A stretch of DNA of 64,000 nt, taken from Tricharina praecox (Eukaryota). Positions 36,508-50,400 of the stretch are shown here, in pieces. The first letter of the stretch is position 1; the number at the start of each line of letters is the position of its first letter. A program made the position numbers and the translations under genes. Location: assembly GCF_024521635.1 (NCBI RefSeq), contig NW_026250431.1, forward strand, positions 248,001 to 312,000, in the 5' to 3' direction. The notes under the pieces were generated by a model, which searched no databases, was not told where the DNA came from, and saw nothing but the letters and a program-made list of their open reading frames with translations.

Positions 36508-39500
36508 GAAACGATATGACAATTACAAGAGATTCCCATTCTTCATCCTGCCTCCATTAGTCGCCGTACATGTAGAAAGTATTACGCTCACCGTTGCACC
36601 ACTTTCCCCAACATCACATCAGCACACAGTATAGTGACCTCCATCCTTCGCATTGCTTGTGTGATTACTGTGGCAAGATCGAGCTTAAAGGGCTCGGGGA
36701 CCGTATGGGGAAAGACCAGGACCGTCATGTGAAAGCCGGTGCTCCAACGGAGTAGCCCGGGAACGTCAGGAACGTTTCGTATGGTGCCGGAACTCTATGG
36801 ATTGGTCCTGGAGCGTTTCTAATAATACCGGCACCCTATAATCTGTGAGCCACGGCCACCTCCCCCCACTTTCCACCATCATCAGGGAAGGGGGACTGAC
36901 GGTCACTGACCCCTACTCGCCCTTCACCAGACGTCGATAACCTCAGGGAGCTTTCTCGAGCGGCGCATCAATGCGCACAACAATTTTCTTACCGTGTGGC
37001 GAGCTCAATTGGATGCATGCAACGATCAATGACAAAAGTGGGCCGGAGGAGGAACACGAGCTGTTAGTAAGGGAGATGCCTCCCAAGGTGGACGAGATGT
37101 GCATTATTACGAAAGAATTGATCGAATTGCGGCGAATCATTACGATTGCGAGAATTGGTCGAAGAATGCGCCGCAAATAGGTGGGCGCTGGCGACAAGAA
37201 TCTGAGTCTATACTAGGTACGAGGTATGCCATGTGGCTGCCATCAGACGAGATATTGGGTTGCCTGCAGAATTGGCTGTGAGTTTTTTTTTCCATTTCTC
37301 ATGAAACATGCGGTGCGCCGACATCTCGCGATTCGGACATTCGCTGCAGAATTACACACCACTGAACATCATTGCTGATTGATTATGTGTCAAAGAAAAT
37401 CACAGAGGGTTTTCCGTTTGTCCCGCGGTCTCGTCGTGGCAGTGGTGCCTGACGAAGGTAAGCACGCTCTTCCTCCATACTTCCTTCCCTCCCGATACAT
37501 ACCTTGCTGTTACTGACAGTATCACTCGCCGCCAGAAGACATGTGGCGTAGGCAAAGTATCGCTCCATGCTTGAAGTAGACTGTCAGAATACCGGATGTC
37601 CGAAGATGACGATGTTGGTAGGGGGGTAGGAGTGAGGGGGACCTACCTTCCGAAGGATCGATGCCCAGATACTCTGTCTCGAGCTCGCTGCCCACGATAT
37701 TGTTGCTGTACCGAATGTATTATCTTCTTCTACCTATCTCATTATTCACCATAGACACAATGTGGCGGCCAGCATTTGATACGAGTACCTCATCTCCGTC
37801 ATCTTTCGAATGCTCATTCCGACGTATCCATTGTCGTCCGAAATGCAAGTGCTGTTTTCCGTACCAGGTGGGATCTTCACATTTTGCAGGGGCAAGTATT
37901 AACCATCGATCGACTGCATTGGTATTATACAACGAAAGCAATGAACGTGGAAGGTCAACTACTTGACGATGACATTAATTTCGTCCGTCAACTCCTGACG
38001 CTTCCTCTCCCAGTCCATCTCATCAATATTCCCGAGTCCATCATGTAAACTAACTGGCACGCCCAGACAAGCACGCCGCAGACTAGCTACAGACCCTGCA
38101 GCACCCCCCGATCTCTCCAACGCGGCGACATCCGCGAAGATTGGTAGTCAGTTCGATTCCTCGTTCCCAACAGAATAACACAGGGGCGGAGGGAGTCTCC
38201 TAGGGCGTTTGATGAACGTCGGGGATGAATCCAGTGTCGGTGACGCTTCCGGGAGGCATCCGAAAAATGTGCTATTCGGCGCCGGGGTCATTGGCGGCAC
38301 ACCGGCCAGCGCTGCAGCTGCTGAAGACGTCTCCCCCGACAGCCTAGCCGGACACGATACCGATCGCGAGGCAGAGCCGCGATGGACGACACCTAACTCG
38401 GCGGCGAATGTTAGCATCAGTTGCGTTCGCAGGTAGCGATATAACGTGCCGTTGTGCCTGGCTGTCGGGGCCATCTAGTATTCTGCGTCCCTGTGCAGTG
38501 TATCCGAGGACCTGGTAAAGTTAGCGGAAGCGATGGACTGACGCTCACGAGCACTTACCGTATGGGGGCTTCAGCCTGAAGTTTTTGGAAATGTGGAGAT
38601 GTGGAGAGCTGTGCGTTTAGTGGAGAGTTGACTGTTGGAAACCTCTGGGGGCTAGGCAGGCTTTAAGTTGTTCAGTTTGTTGGTTAAATCATACAAGATT
38701 AGTACATCATTACCAGCCGACACCGAAGCTCCGTCATCCCTCAACGGGTACGCCCAGCCGGCGGAACGAACACGTCATGATCCGACAAATCGATGGTCAC
38801 TATGCCTATTCAAGACCACAATACGGATACCCCTACCGCCGGATAAGGCTGACCACGGCCCTTTGTCCCTTTCCATGCTTTCCCCCATTGGTACTGAGGG
38901 ACTTGAAGGGTCGAGTGGGACTTGTCACGCCAGGGGTGGTCCGGCGGAGGGCTGTGTCCAGCCTGATCAACGGCTTGGAAGGACTTCCCTGTTTTTCGAG
39001 TCCATAGCAACCGATCGTCTTTTGAGGTGATTGTTTCTGTTTGTTGCCATCGTCATCGGGCCAACTCGATGCGGTCGGCCGAACGTTGGGTTTTTCGCCA
39101 ACCACACTTATTTAAAGGGGGGATGGTCGCCATTCTCTTTTCTCTTTTTCTCTTCTCTCTCTATCCATCTCATACTCATTCTCTTGTCTCCTGTCTGTCA
39201 GATCTTTCTTACTCTTCTGTGCCATTACATTTTCTGTCTTACGATCTCTACATTTTCTCGAGCCTCCTGTAGGCCTCTCTTCTACAATTCATTGAACTCT
39301 CTTTACATAACCACCCTCCCGTCTGCAGCCTCTCACTATCAGACAACCCTTTGCAACAGTTCTACCAAAGAATCTTCAACTGATTCCTTTTGTCTATTCT
39401 TCAGACTATGGACGTCAGCCTCCTCATTCCCCCGCTCCCAAGACTGTAGCGGGAGCACCTGCTAGACAATCCCCCTATCAATACTTCGACCTCGAACTTT

Positions 39501-40811
39501 CGTTTGAGCTTCACTCCCACTCACCGGGCACGATGTAAGATCTTGATTGATCGTCCCTGCGGTTCAAAAAGACGAAAATCTAGACGGATGAAAGAGAGGT
39601 ATGACGCCGAAGAAGGCTGTTCGACTAAGATCTGACCGACTTTAGGAGTCCTAAGGGTATCAAACAGCCTGCTGTCCACGTCAACTCTCCCTCCCGACCG
39701 CAACCCATCTCGAGTCCGCATCCCGTCGTCTGTCATCGCCTCATATCCCGCTACAATCCAATTCACAATTCACAACACAGCAACCAATACTCCCGACGCC
39801 GGTTTCGACCGTGCCATCGCCATCGCAGGGAATCTCCTCGAGAAGCATCGAGACGAGTCTCCTTTGACGGTATGCCTCCGATTCCAACCTTTTTCTTCAA
39901 ATCTTCCAACTCCTGATCGCTTTGCACAAGGATCAACATCATGACCGCTCCTCACAATCCGCTCCTCACACCGCGCGGGTGAAGCAGCATCATGACCACG
40001 ACCACAACTTCCGCCGCGCGGGTGAAGCATCGTGACGACGGCGACCACAGCTTCCGCTGTGCGGGCGAAGCCACCATCGTATGGGGGAAACGATATGGGA
40101 GGCGCTGAGCGCTTGGTCGAGGGGAGATTAACGAGGAGGAGGAGGATAACTAATGTTTTTGTTTTTGCTTAACCATTGATTACATGGAGGATTATTATGA
40201 TTTTGTTTTGTTGAACCATTGATTGCATGGAGGATTATTATGATACATGTTTACAAATGGCTCCAGGCTTCTATTGCACGTGATAGTGAGACTTTGGCTG
40301 CCCTTCGTCCCAACCTCGTCCGCATCCCCCACTCTTAAACGGTATCCCTAGGCTCCAAGACGTCATCTCATGATCTGGTTTCCTGTGGGCCTTCGAGTTC
40401 GAAACCGCTACAAAACGAGACGGGCTAGGACCAAGGCCACCAGCCCGCATATCTTGGCTCGAGCTGCGGGCGTCATGTACTCTCCGGAATCATTAGGATC
40501 TCGGTGGAAAGTAGGTAAGGGGACGAGTTTGACGGTATGACGGCGCACGAGGCGAGTGAGGGCGTCGAAGAGAGTCGAGACCAGCAGCCAGCTCTTCCGT
40601 TTTAGTTCTCGTATGTCGATATGTGGCCTCCTTACCCCACCCTACCCCACCCTACCCGCTATCCTTCACATCTCTGGCCCTGGTTTCCTGTTTCAAAGTC
40701 AAACTGCAGAGTAGTATTCCGTAGCCCTGATGGCGTCAGTGTCGACGGCGAAGGCTTCGTACCTATTTACACACGCAATAAGGCTCCCAACTTTGGGTGT
40801 GCGGATCAAGG

Positions 40812-41068
40812 CAGTGTTCTACATAGACCAGACCGACCGACCAGACCTTGCCAGGCTCGGTCGGCCCAGTTCGGCCGACGTCTGGTTAACTGCTAATTCT
40901 ATCAGCTGCAAAACATTCCTTAGTTTCTAACGGTTTTTAGAGCATTTCCGGCTTCAAATGTTGTTTCTTAGCCCGACCTATCCCGACCTATGCTTTGTCG
41001 GTCGGGATATATCCAGACTGACCTGACCATACTCAAATTTAGTCGGGACTGGTCTATGTAGAACACTG
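40812..41068. mobile_element. hAT-type MITE, family B short derivative (257 bp), opposite orientation to 24415-25025
   Basis: Perfect 20-bp TIR CAGTGTTCTACATAGACCAG; 8-bp TSD GATCAAGG at 40804-40811 and 41069-41076. Confidence 0.94.
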
Positions 41069-41559
41069 GATCAAGGTTCCGAGCTTTGCGAGATATAATT
41101 TGCAGGAAAGATGTCGTTAGGATTTTGGAATCGGGTCGGACCGTTCACGCACGGGAAAATATTCACGATGTTAGGAAGTCTGTCCTCGAGGTTTGGCTAG
41201 GCAATCAAATTATGAGAGATTAGATTTGTGGCTGGAGTGCCTATCCTAACGACCATCCCAGCCGCTGAACAGCCGCTTCGAGCTCAGATCTAATCTTGGA
41301 TCTGATCATTCCCGCACCGGACGGACAAACTTCGTGGCATAACCAGTGGCCACTCTTGTCGCCAAGATCTCCTCTGCGACGTTGTATGGAAATGTGATAG
41401 GGCGAGTGTGGTGCAGAGCCGGTGTAAGCAGTATATGTACGTAGATGTATTCATCCACTGCAGTTGGTCATTGCAACAGTTGTCTTTGCGAAGATGCTGT
41501 GGGGTAGCCAAAATCTCCCGATGTCCGAGTAATTTCTCAAGAGGGCCACATCGAATGGA

Positions 41560-41830
41560 TAGTGTTGGACGCAGCTGGAACTGACGTCGCGACGGCACCT
41601 TTCGACCCTTGGCTGGGGACCTTGGGAGGATTTCTTACCAAGACGTTCGGGGTCGGCTGTCGATCGTGGGGCTGCAGGAGTGGACCTGTTTTGTTTTTCT
41701 CGTCGATTCTGTTTTGTTTTGATCGCTTTTTTTGTTCTCGGCTGTCGATTCTGGGGGCTGGAATGGGATCTGTTGCCGTTTTACTCGCCGATTAGGTTTT
41801 GTTTTGATCGCTTCTGTTGTTCTCGACGGT
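41560..41830 (+). repeat. Partial third copy of the cassette upstream module
   Basis: GGACGCAGCTGGAACTGAC, TTCGA.CC.TGGCTG.GG.CCTTGG and GTTTTGTTTTGATCG shared with 14128-14300. Confidence 0.65.
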
Positions 41831-42486
41831 GGTACGACGAAGCGGCGGCGGCCAAAGTTGGACGATCTGTTCTATATATTCCGGGGGAGGGCCCCTCTTT
41901 TCCTAAGGTCATGTGTATCTCTCATCCTCTATCGTCACTATTCTTCAGCGATCGATCGTTCATCATCTGATTTCTTTGCTCCTTGCTTTTTCAAGTTAGT
42001 TCTGCCGTGCTTTCTTCAAGTGTGCCTCTTTTAATATTGGGTCTCTTAACTCGGGTTTACCTTCTCACCTCATTCCCTCTTCCGTGACTTGTTCCTCTTT
42101 TATCATCATTGACCACACCCCCTCTTACCAAAGTTGGCCGAGGGCACCTCCGCGCCTTGGTTTTTCGCTGTGAATCTTTCGCCGGTATTCCAAGCCGCTA
42201 GTGCAGCATGTGACTCCACCAAACACGTACTCGGGTGCAAGGGAAAGTCGTGCACCACCACCACTACCAAATGGTGCTTAATTGGGTGCACCACTCACCC
42301 CTACCCCCAAGTACTTAAGGAGCAGCAACCCCGAGGACAACTCTTCCTTTCCTCTTCATATCACCTTCACACTACTTCAGTCCAATCCGGACGTACTACT
42401 AGACAAAAAATTGCTTCTAACCACAACCGTCGCATTTTACACCCATAGAACCAAAGCACACCGTCACCAATAAAAACGAAGCCGAA

Positions 42487-42549
42487 TCTGGCGCCGCTGG
42501 TGTCGTCACCACCATCCTCACCAATCCACTGTGGATCATAAAAACACGC
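42487..42549 (+). pseudogene. Isolated mitochondrial-carrier (SLC25) motif fragment
   Basis: Translates SGAAGVVTTILTNPLWIIKTR; no in-frame ATG and flanked by stops. Confidence 0.55.
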
Positions 42550-45500
42550 ACGCCTACTACAAGGACCATCGGAGGATCAGAGACGGATCATCAAAATATA
42601 CAATGATCTTCCGGTGGTCCTTGCCGCCTACAACTCCCTGAGTAACGGTTGCGAGGAAAGTTCTCACTGACGACCAGAAGGTCCCGCGATGAATCATCGA
42701 AATATGTAAGATGATCCGTGATGGTTCGTACCACCTCTTCAACTCTCACCCGAAGATCCGTTGAGAGTTGTGGGAATTAACAAGGTCATCTGTGATGCAG
42801 ATCCGTACCACCTTCGCATGGCAACCGCTCACAACCGGCAAGCATTCCCCCCTCTCTCACGCAGCGTGAGGCCGAGAATCGTCGAAACGATGAACTGGAC
42901 CCAAAGGTATGTATCTACTCCTACAGAATAGACACGGAACCGAAAAAGACTGACAGCCATCCGTGCAGGACAATGTGGACCCTTGTGGTGGATCATGCAC
43001 CTTGCGAATGGTGCTTTATGCGGACAACGGGCTGAAGAACGTTTCCATCGATAAGAAGAATGGGAATATCGAGGTTGGCATAAGCCGTGGCGTAGGCAGA
43101 ATGTCGTATTCTGAGATAAACCCCAAATCCGGAGGGTTGGGTGGTTGGTATAGAGTTGCGCCGATGCTTGATGTAACTGGTTCTGATTGTGGTGGATGAT
43201 GTAACTGGTTGTGATCGTTTATCTTGGTTTTCCCAAGCACAATGTCTAATTTCTCTATCGTTTTCTGTGTTCTCGCCGTGATTCTCGATGTGAAGTTTGC
43301 TCATCCCACTTCCACTAACAAGCTTTCTCTTGACAGCCATGTGGGGCAACTGCCACTCTTCGGTAGCCGGGGGTTGCTTCATCTTTTTTGTGACAGTGGA
43401 GAGAAAAGAGGACCGGTATGATCATGGCCAATTCGGTGTGTAACGAGAGACTCGATTCTTAGGTACCTTAGGTACTTGGTACTCCATTGACGTCATGCAT
43501 ATATCACTCGGTGGTTGACATTCGCGGACACTCTAAAGATTTCAATACGCGACAAGCTTGACGGAGGGGGGCCATAGTTATCACGGAACGAATAGTAGGA
43601 AAGTATTGATGCCCCTGACGGCCTCAATTGCGGTATTGTGAACCGTGCTATGCTGTGGTGTGGTGGGGTGGTGAGTCTAGTTGGTTTAAAGTTTTCCGCA
43701 CAACCAACTGCCCGGGACGCAGGGATATACATATCCTGGTAAGCATCATTGCAGGGACAGCGATAGCGTGCATTCTAGGCCCTGGCTGATCGGGTGATGG
43801 ATCTGTTCCAGAGCTGTCCAAAGGCTTGGGCCGCGGCTAATGATGTCGCCGGGACAGTCGCAGAACGGAATTTGGATGCCGGCCGGTCGGCTGTTGAAGG
43901 AACCCGCAAATGAGATAATTTGTAAGTTTTGACTCTTGAGATGTGTTGACTATTGTTATTAGCTTCGATTCCACATCATGTGTCGGCCTTTAGCGCCAAT
44001 TCCCCTTGGTAGACGAATCTACGAAGTACTTGCCTATATCTTTTCTTTTGCTACCGTAGGTATCGAACGAATTCTAAAAATTCTAATGACTAGAACCCCC
44101 TTTTATAACAAGACTGGCACTTGAGATATATAGCAAGAAGTATTTATGCGTGCAACATTCGGATTGTTGGCGTTGCCACGGTTGATGTTTTTCCCCGCGA
44201 CATAGGTACAAGCAAAACACGCGATTTCACTCGTTTGGGTGCGGAGTCACTTCGGCTGGAAATTGTTCTTCAGCTGGCTATTCTTCTTCCCCATGTGTGT
44301 TACCCGCTGGATACTCTTATAATGTCATACTTTCGCTTTGTCACTCTGAGGAACATGAGAGTGAGGTGTTTTGTTTGCTGTTGATCTATGAGAGACAGGA
44401 GATTCCTTTATTATGTCCACTGTCTGACGTATCGGAATGGTTGTGGAGAGGTAATAGTGGGGATGAGTTCGTTGGTCTGGAGTACCGGAATGGCCGTAGC
44501 AGACTAAGAGTGGGCGCGAGGTCTTTTTTTGTTGTTGCTCTCGCCGTTCAAAGTGATGACGGTAAAACGGAAGGGGTGTGGTCTGATAATGTGGCTCACA
44601 AAATCACGGTGGAAAGGTGATGATGACTTCCTCGGCCGTAGATACATACAAACCCACCTAACCTACGCTCGATCAGGGAGAGTCCAGAAAGCCATACCTC
44701 TCAAGCCAAACCACAACGCAATGTGTCGCCAGCGCAACAATCAGTGGAGCGTCCTCGTAACTGTCTACATAGGCAGGTTTGAATACGTATGCAGGCGTGG
44801 ATCTGGGCATCCCGCATCGTGGATGGCAGATCTTGCGGATCCCCTGGGCGCGGGGGGACCTATAATTCGATGGTCTTTGCGGTGGTGTTCTAATGGGGGA
44901 GATTACGAACGAGGTTCGGGTTGTCTCGGTTGCTCCCTTTTTCTGGGTGGTTGGAGGATCAGGGCTACGGGAAGGCATCCAGCTAGAGGGTAGCTAGGTG
45001 ACGCGTAGTGGAGGAACAGGCTGGATTGGACATCAGTCTAATAACCTGTCATTTAGTAGAGTGGGCCAATAGTTAGCCAGGGTGGATTAGGATAGCAATT
45101 CACGTACCCTCCGTTTTCCCTTCGATGGGGTTGCATGGGGATGGCCACCTAGTGGTGAACGACACCCTTCGAATTCGTAATTTCCGTCTCCAAAATCTGC
45201 AGGATCCCTTCGTACAGCTCCATACTGTCATCTGGCTCGGTCCAGACTTTCGGTTTAACTAAGTACGCACCAAATATTCGTCACCTTTCTCGTCCTGCCT
45301 AGACGTTGGGGCCAGGCCCAGGAACAGCCCAATCTGCGCCACTTGGCCAACGTGCCAGGCACGGTGTTCCATCCGCGCGTCCAGATTCGACGGTAGGCAG
45401 GACATACTTCGTAGTCCTTGGATGTCTCTGAATAAATCAAGCTCTGGAGCGTCTAATATCCCTTGGATCGTCGATTTTAGACTCAGAGTTTTCTCTATTT

Positions 45501-45939
45501 GGGCGCCCAACCGCATACATGGGAGAAACGCAATATCATCTCCATCGATGTCGCTGGTAAATTGAGATGACGGCAAGTCGAGATGTTTTCCCACACTCCG
45601 TCGGTCCTGTAGGACCTGCGGTCTGGCACTGTGTTGTAAAGACCAACGGAACTCCTTCATCGGATCTCACGAGATGTGGGGGTTAGAAGTGGTTACTATC
45701 GAAGGGATAACAGCTGATACTACAACAGTCAGTTGCTGGATGCTCATTAAAAATCGCGAGTGCGAGGTTGCTTAATCGCTGGTTGAAGCATTTTATTATT
45801 ACATAGGTTCTTTTCCTACATGTCTCCAGTCCCAGCTACCTACACCAGACACCAGTGACCAGTTTAATGACCCATAACTTCATTTCTCTTTCTTTCACCT
45901 CAATAATCGCCCAACTCACCGCCCCAACCACCAACCCCT

Positions 45940-46020
45940 ACCACCTATCCTCAACCCCCCCTAAGATCCTCGCTACCCTATCCTCAACCCCCCCTAAGAT
46001 CCTCGCTACCCTATCCTCAC
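45940..46020. repeat. 33-bp tandem repeat (CCTATCCTCAACCCCCCCTAAGATCCTCGCTAC, ~2.3 copies)
   Basis: Directly visible. Confidence 0.9.
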
Positions 46021-48259
46021 CACATACCTCCCAAAATCTTGACCTCCACGTGCACAACCTGCCCCCCACGAAGCTGCACGTTCTCCGTGCGAAAATCCGC
46101 CTCAACCCCTTCCGTTACAATCTTCCCGGTTGGGAAGCCCTCCTGCCGGATGAGGAAGAACAGCCCGCTAGCTGTAGCCTTCTCCATGAGGTTTGGGGTG
46201 GTGACCGTCGTCCAGATGAGCAACTCCTTAGGGCTCTGATATTCGGCGGGAGCATCACGGGGATTCCTGCTCTCGCCGTCGAGGTGAAGGAACCTCATCG
46301 CGGATTTGAATCCAGCCTTCAGGCCAGAGATGGAGGGGGGGTGAAGGAAGAACATTGGGGCAGGTGATCGTAGTATGGACGGTCGAGGGAGGACGAGCGA
46401 GCGGTGATGGGGGCCAGGCGATCCTGAACGGACGGGCGGAAGGTGGAGGTTCCAGTAAACGATTGCCAGCGCGGGCGGAAGGGTGGGGAGTCTTCTTATA
46501 GTACTACATGTAGGAGTAACTCGTTGGGGGAGTACATTGGACGACGAGGTAGAATTTGGCTGATGAGTCAACTGCGTAGAATGGACAACACACTGTTGAA
46601 CATTGAATCAATACTTCTGCAGCTGCGTGTCTTATACCGAAGTATATACTCATGTCGTCTGGATCTGTTGGATATCGCCGTTTGAAAGACTGGCCAGATC
46701 AACAGGGGGTTCAATATTTGCGGGCTAGGAGTGTACGGAAAGTTTATTCCACCGATTAAAGTTATCACGGGCTCACATTCTGAAGATCTCGGCGCCGAAA
46801 GCTTCCACAACAGTGATCGCCGTCCCCCCGGGCCCTGGCTCCACGCAGCTATGATACCAACGCGGCTATGGCGCCTCAAACTTTGAGCACCACCTCCTTT
46901 TCTCTGGCAGCGGTCGGCATCCTTGTTCAGGATTGATATGGCCATGACGGTCCTGCTGGACTCGGGACTGAACTTTCATCGATAACATCCACCATTTTAC
47001 CCTTCTGGCTAGCACTCGGCCATATCTTACGAACAAAAAAGCACTCCACGCAACAGATCACGACATGAGTAGAGACGTCATAGAGCAATCAAAAGTCTCG
47101 ATCTCTGAAACAACCAATCCCTGCAAACTATACGACAAAAGAAAAGTGTTTAGCTCAACTCACAGTGGTGCATTCTATGTAGACGGGCGTACGTCCATAG
47201 ATAGGCAGTCTAGGTACATGTGGCCACCGTAAATTGCCTGGCCGAGTGCGTTCGCTTCGACCTGTAGAATACCGAAGCAGCATGCCCTAACTCTGAACCT
47301 ACAATACTTGATTCAAGTCCACCATTATCACGCGAGGAGACGGGGGAAATAATCGCTCAGAAAGACATGCATGTTTCTCTCATACGTCAGGTCGTATGCA
47401 CCTAGCCAGCCGAGACTTGCAGGTAGAGAGCCCCGCACAACGCCGGCGCGGTAACATACTGCGAAAGGGAGGGGGTGGCATAGGTTGTCTGGCCAAGTTG
47501 TCCGAACGCCCAACCGTGAAATAGACAACCAGCGAACCGTGTGCTCGGTGAGGCTAATGGAACTGAGTTTGTCCAGGCATGGTGCTTACGGTTTAAGAAT
47601 GCTATTTCGTATTGCCGTTCAAGTTACGGCCGGCTGTCAATTACCGGCAGGAGACATGAAGGACGGGGAACGGGGTGAGGTGTCCAAACTGTCCCAGGGC
47701 CCGTCCTAGAAGGCACAATACAGTGTTCGCGAGAGATCCTCACATGAGATGAAATCGTGGGTGTTTTAGAACTCAATTTTGAATTATGCTCGAGCTCAAC
47801 GAACTCAAAATTGGTGGTCATCGGCTCAGGTTCGGGTTCTGTTCAGCTCGAAGAAGTCTAAACTCCTCCGATGCCGATCGAGATTTATCGGGAGCGTCCC
47901 AATGGCTCGCTTAAGTCAAACCCGAGTATACGGTTGGTAACGGTAGTGAGTGTTGGAGAGTGAGAAATAATGACGAAGGGTAGACATCCTGGGCCTTAAT
48001 AGGTGTTGGACGACGTACACATGGTTCTCTCGGTTTCTATTCGGCCACCACCGCCACAGAAGCACGTTTTCCACTTGTGCTTATGTACGCATTCCTTTTT
48101 GGGATACACCAACGACTGTTTGGAAGTTTGGTGACATCATTGTCTCTCCCGAAACCTATTCTACCTACGAACCCTCTTAAATCTTTGCCTTTCTCAGGTT
48201 CTTTGCACCGACCACCTCTCGCGGGAACAGCCTCGCTTTTCATTCAGAGCTCTCAACCA

Positions 48260-50400
48260 TCTTGGAACATATCCCCCGCTCCGTACCTCCCACCAACAAC
48301 AATCTCGATTCCGAACAATCCTCACTCGCCAGACTCAGACGGTCATTGAACTTTACTACTTACTCCGCCGCAAACACTCAGCATACGCTCGAACGCGACT
48401 CTCGCACGCAACGTTCGACGAAGAATCAGACCTCGCAGGAAGCACGCCGGGCAGAAAGTATCGCACGCTACCGGAGGAACGAATATACCCCCTCCTCTGC
48501 TCGGTCGAGACGTGGCGCCAGGAATGCTTTAGAGAAGACTCGTGACAACTTCCGCCTGAAGACGGGATCGTCGGACGTCCCTAGTTTAGCTCCAATCATA
48601 ACCAAGGTACACCATCGCCCGCCTTAATGTAGCTACTGACATGCTCGTAGATAGTCTACACCATTTACCTTCAGTCCAGTCCGCATGACGATGGGGAGAA
48701 TGCATGTGCTACAGCGATCTTCGCCCTATTATCTCTCCTTAAATCACGGTTCGATAGCGATACGGAGAATATATCAGAAGGAGAAACCCGCCAGTAAAGA
48801 TACTGAGCATGAGCTACGCAAGAAGGGTGAAGAGGATGTGGCGCTGGGAACGCAGCTCCAGCTTCACGTGACCCACATGACGGTAGGCAACCCACCGCCA
48901 GTTCAGATAAACATCGGTTCAACGGGTAAGTCATGAGATGGCAGATGTGATTACCTTTACTAACTATGATTATTGACTCAGGCTTAGGCTCTATATATGA
49001 TGCAAAACTATGTTATCGAGTAGTTAATACTCCGGGTTTTTATGACAATGTCTTTACGACGAGTCCTCCTCCGGACCCCCGCTACTTCAGCACTTGATCG
49101 GGGGACTCCAAAGCCCGAAGGAAGTCAACCACGAAGATGAGGAGATCATGTACCCTCCCCTGTGCAAGTACTCAGATCATCACCTCAAGCATTTCTTCCC
49201 AGACGATCCGGTTTCCGTGGTCAGGAAATACCTCGCCGGACGTGCTCCCAACATTACCATTTTCCCAGAGAATTTTATTGGCAACCAGTCCCATTACGTT
49301 TGGTCGGTTGCTGAGGTCGAGACTACAGGAGTGGCGAACGACGTGAAGGCAGGGCTGTTAACCGTCCGTCTAGTGGACTGTAGTCCCGTCCCGTCCCGTC
49401 CCGTCCCGTCCCGTCCCGTCACGGGCAGGCTTTCCAGAGGACTGATCCATTCCGTCCGGAAGATGAAATGCCCGGATACCCGCCAGGTACCTATAGGTAC
49501 CTGATAGCATTAGCGTGCTATGCTGACTACTAGTATGCGGAGTAGCGCGGTAGCTACCAACGGAATTTTCAGCCTTGAGCAGAATTTTCAGAGTCGTCCA
49601 ACGCTCAGCTGATAGACACTGCTTGAAGAAGCAACGGGGATGGTGTGAAGGTTCTATACCGTGAGCGAAACTGCGAAATGGAGCTGCCCAGCCACACATC
49701 CGCACACCGGCGCCACTGTGTGGCGCCACGCCGCCAGCAATATCCTAGTGTCCCAGTAAATTCCGGGCCCTGTAGGGTATCCGTCCTCATTTCTCAAGCC
49801 CGGAAGACTGTAGTCCTTGGTCTCCTCAGCCCGACGAATTCCGTCCCGGGCCGGGCAACCTCAAAGACGGACGGGACGGACGGTTGACAGCCCTGCGCGA
49901 AGGGGCATCTGGTGTATTATCTGCTTTACGGCCTGCTGACGAACATCAAAGAAAACCTGTTCCTCACGATAGAGGGCAGCTCCGACGAGATGGGATACAA
50001 GCACACGGCCTTCTAGAGCTGTGGCTTTGATCAAGCAATGGCATTTTTCATGGAGACTATATCGGACAAAACCGAGAAACATGATTGTTATGTTCTCCTC
50101 GTCACTGGCAGGTACGACCTTACCATCGACAAATTGCAGGTTGCGCAGCCGCGGAAGTTCATATCAAAACCACTCCCAAGGGCATGAAGGATTTGGGCAA
50201 CCTTCCAGAAAACGGCGTTGTTGCCGTCATATGAACGTGTCGGAAACTTTCGGCACGATATAGGCATCCTTATGTCGCTCAGTAAGTTAAACGATCGGCC
50301 CAGCAACATACCTGAAATCTCTGGAAACGCCCTAGAAAGACCAATCCTTGGCACATATTTTTACGGGCGGCTGTGGGCAGAAAGACGGAGATCTTGATGA
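48260..50400 (+). pseudogene. Degenerate multi-exon gene of unknown family, interrupted by MITE C
   Basis: Removing the MITE and one TSD rejoins ...GVANDVK-GHLVYYLLYGLLTNIKENLF... in one frame with sparse TAG/TGA stops; intron-like signals upstream. Confidence 0.55.
49350..49895. mobile_element. hAT-type MITE, family C (546 bp)
   Basis: 21-bp TIR CAGGGCTGT(T/C)AACCGTCCGTC; 8-bp TSD CG(T/C)GAAGG at 49342-49349 and 49896-49903; (GTCCC)n subterminal array. Confidence 0.9.

Noticed and set aside
47163..47275. Possible tiny MITE related to family B
   Set aside because: Only weak partial inverted similarity and no TSD
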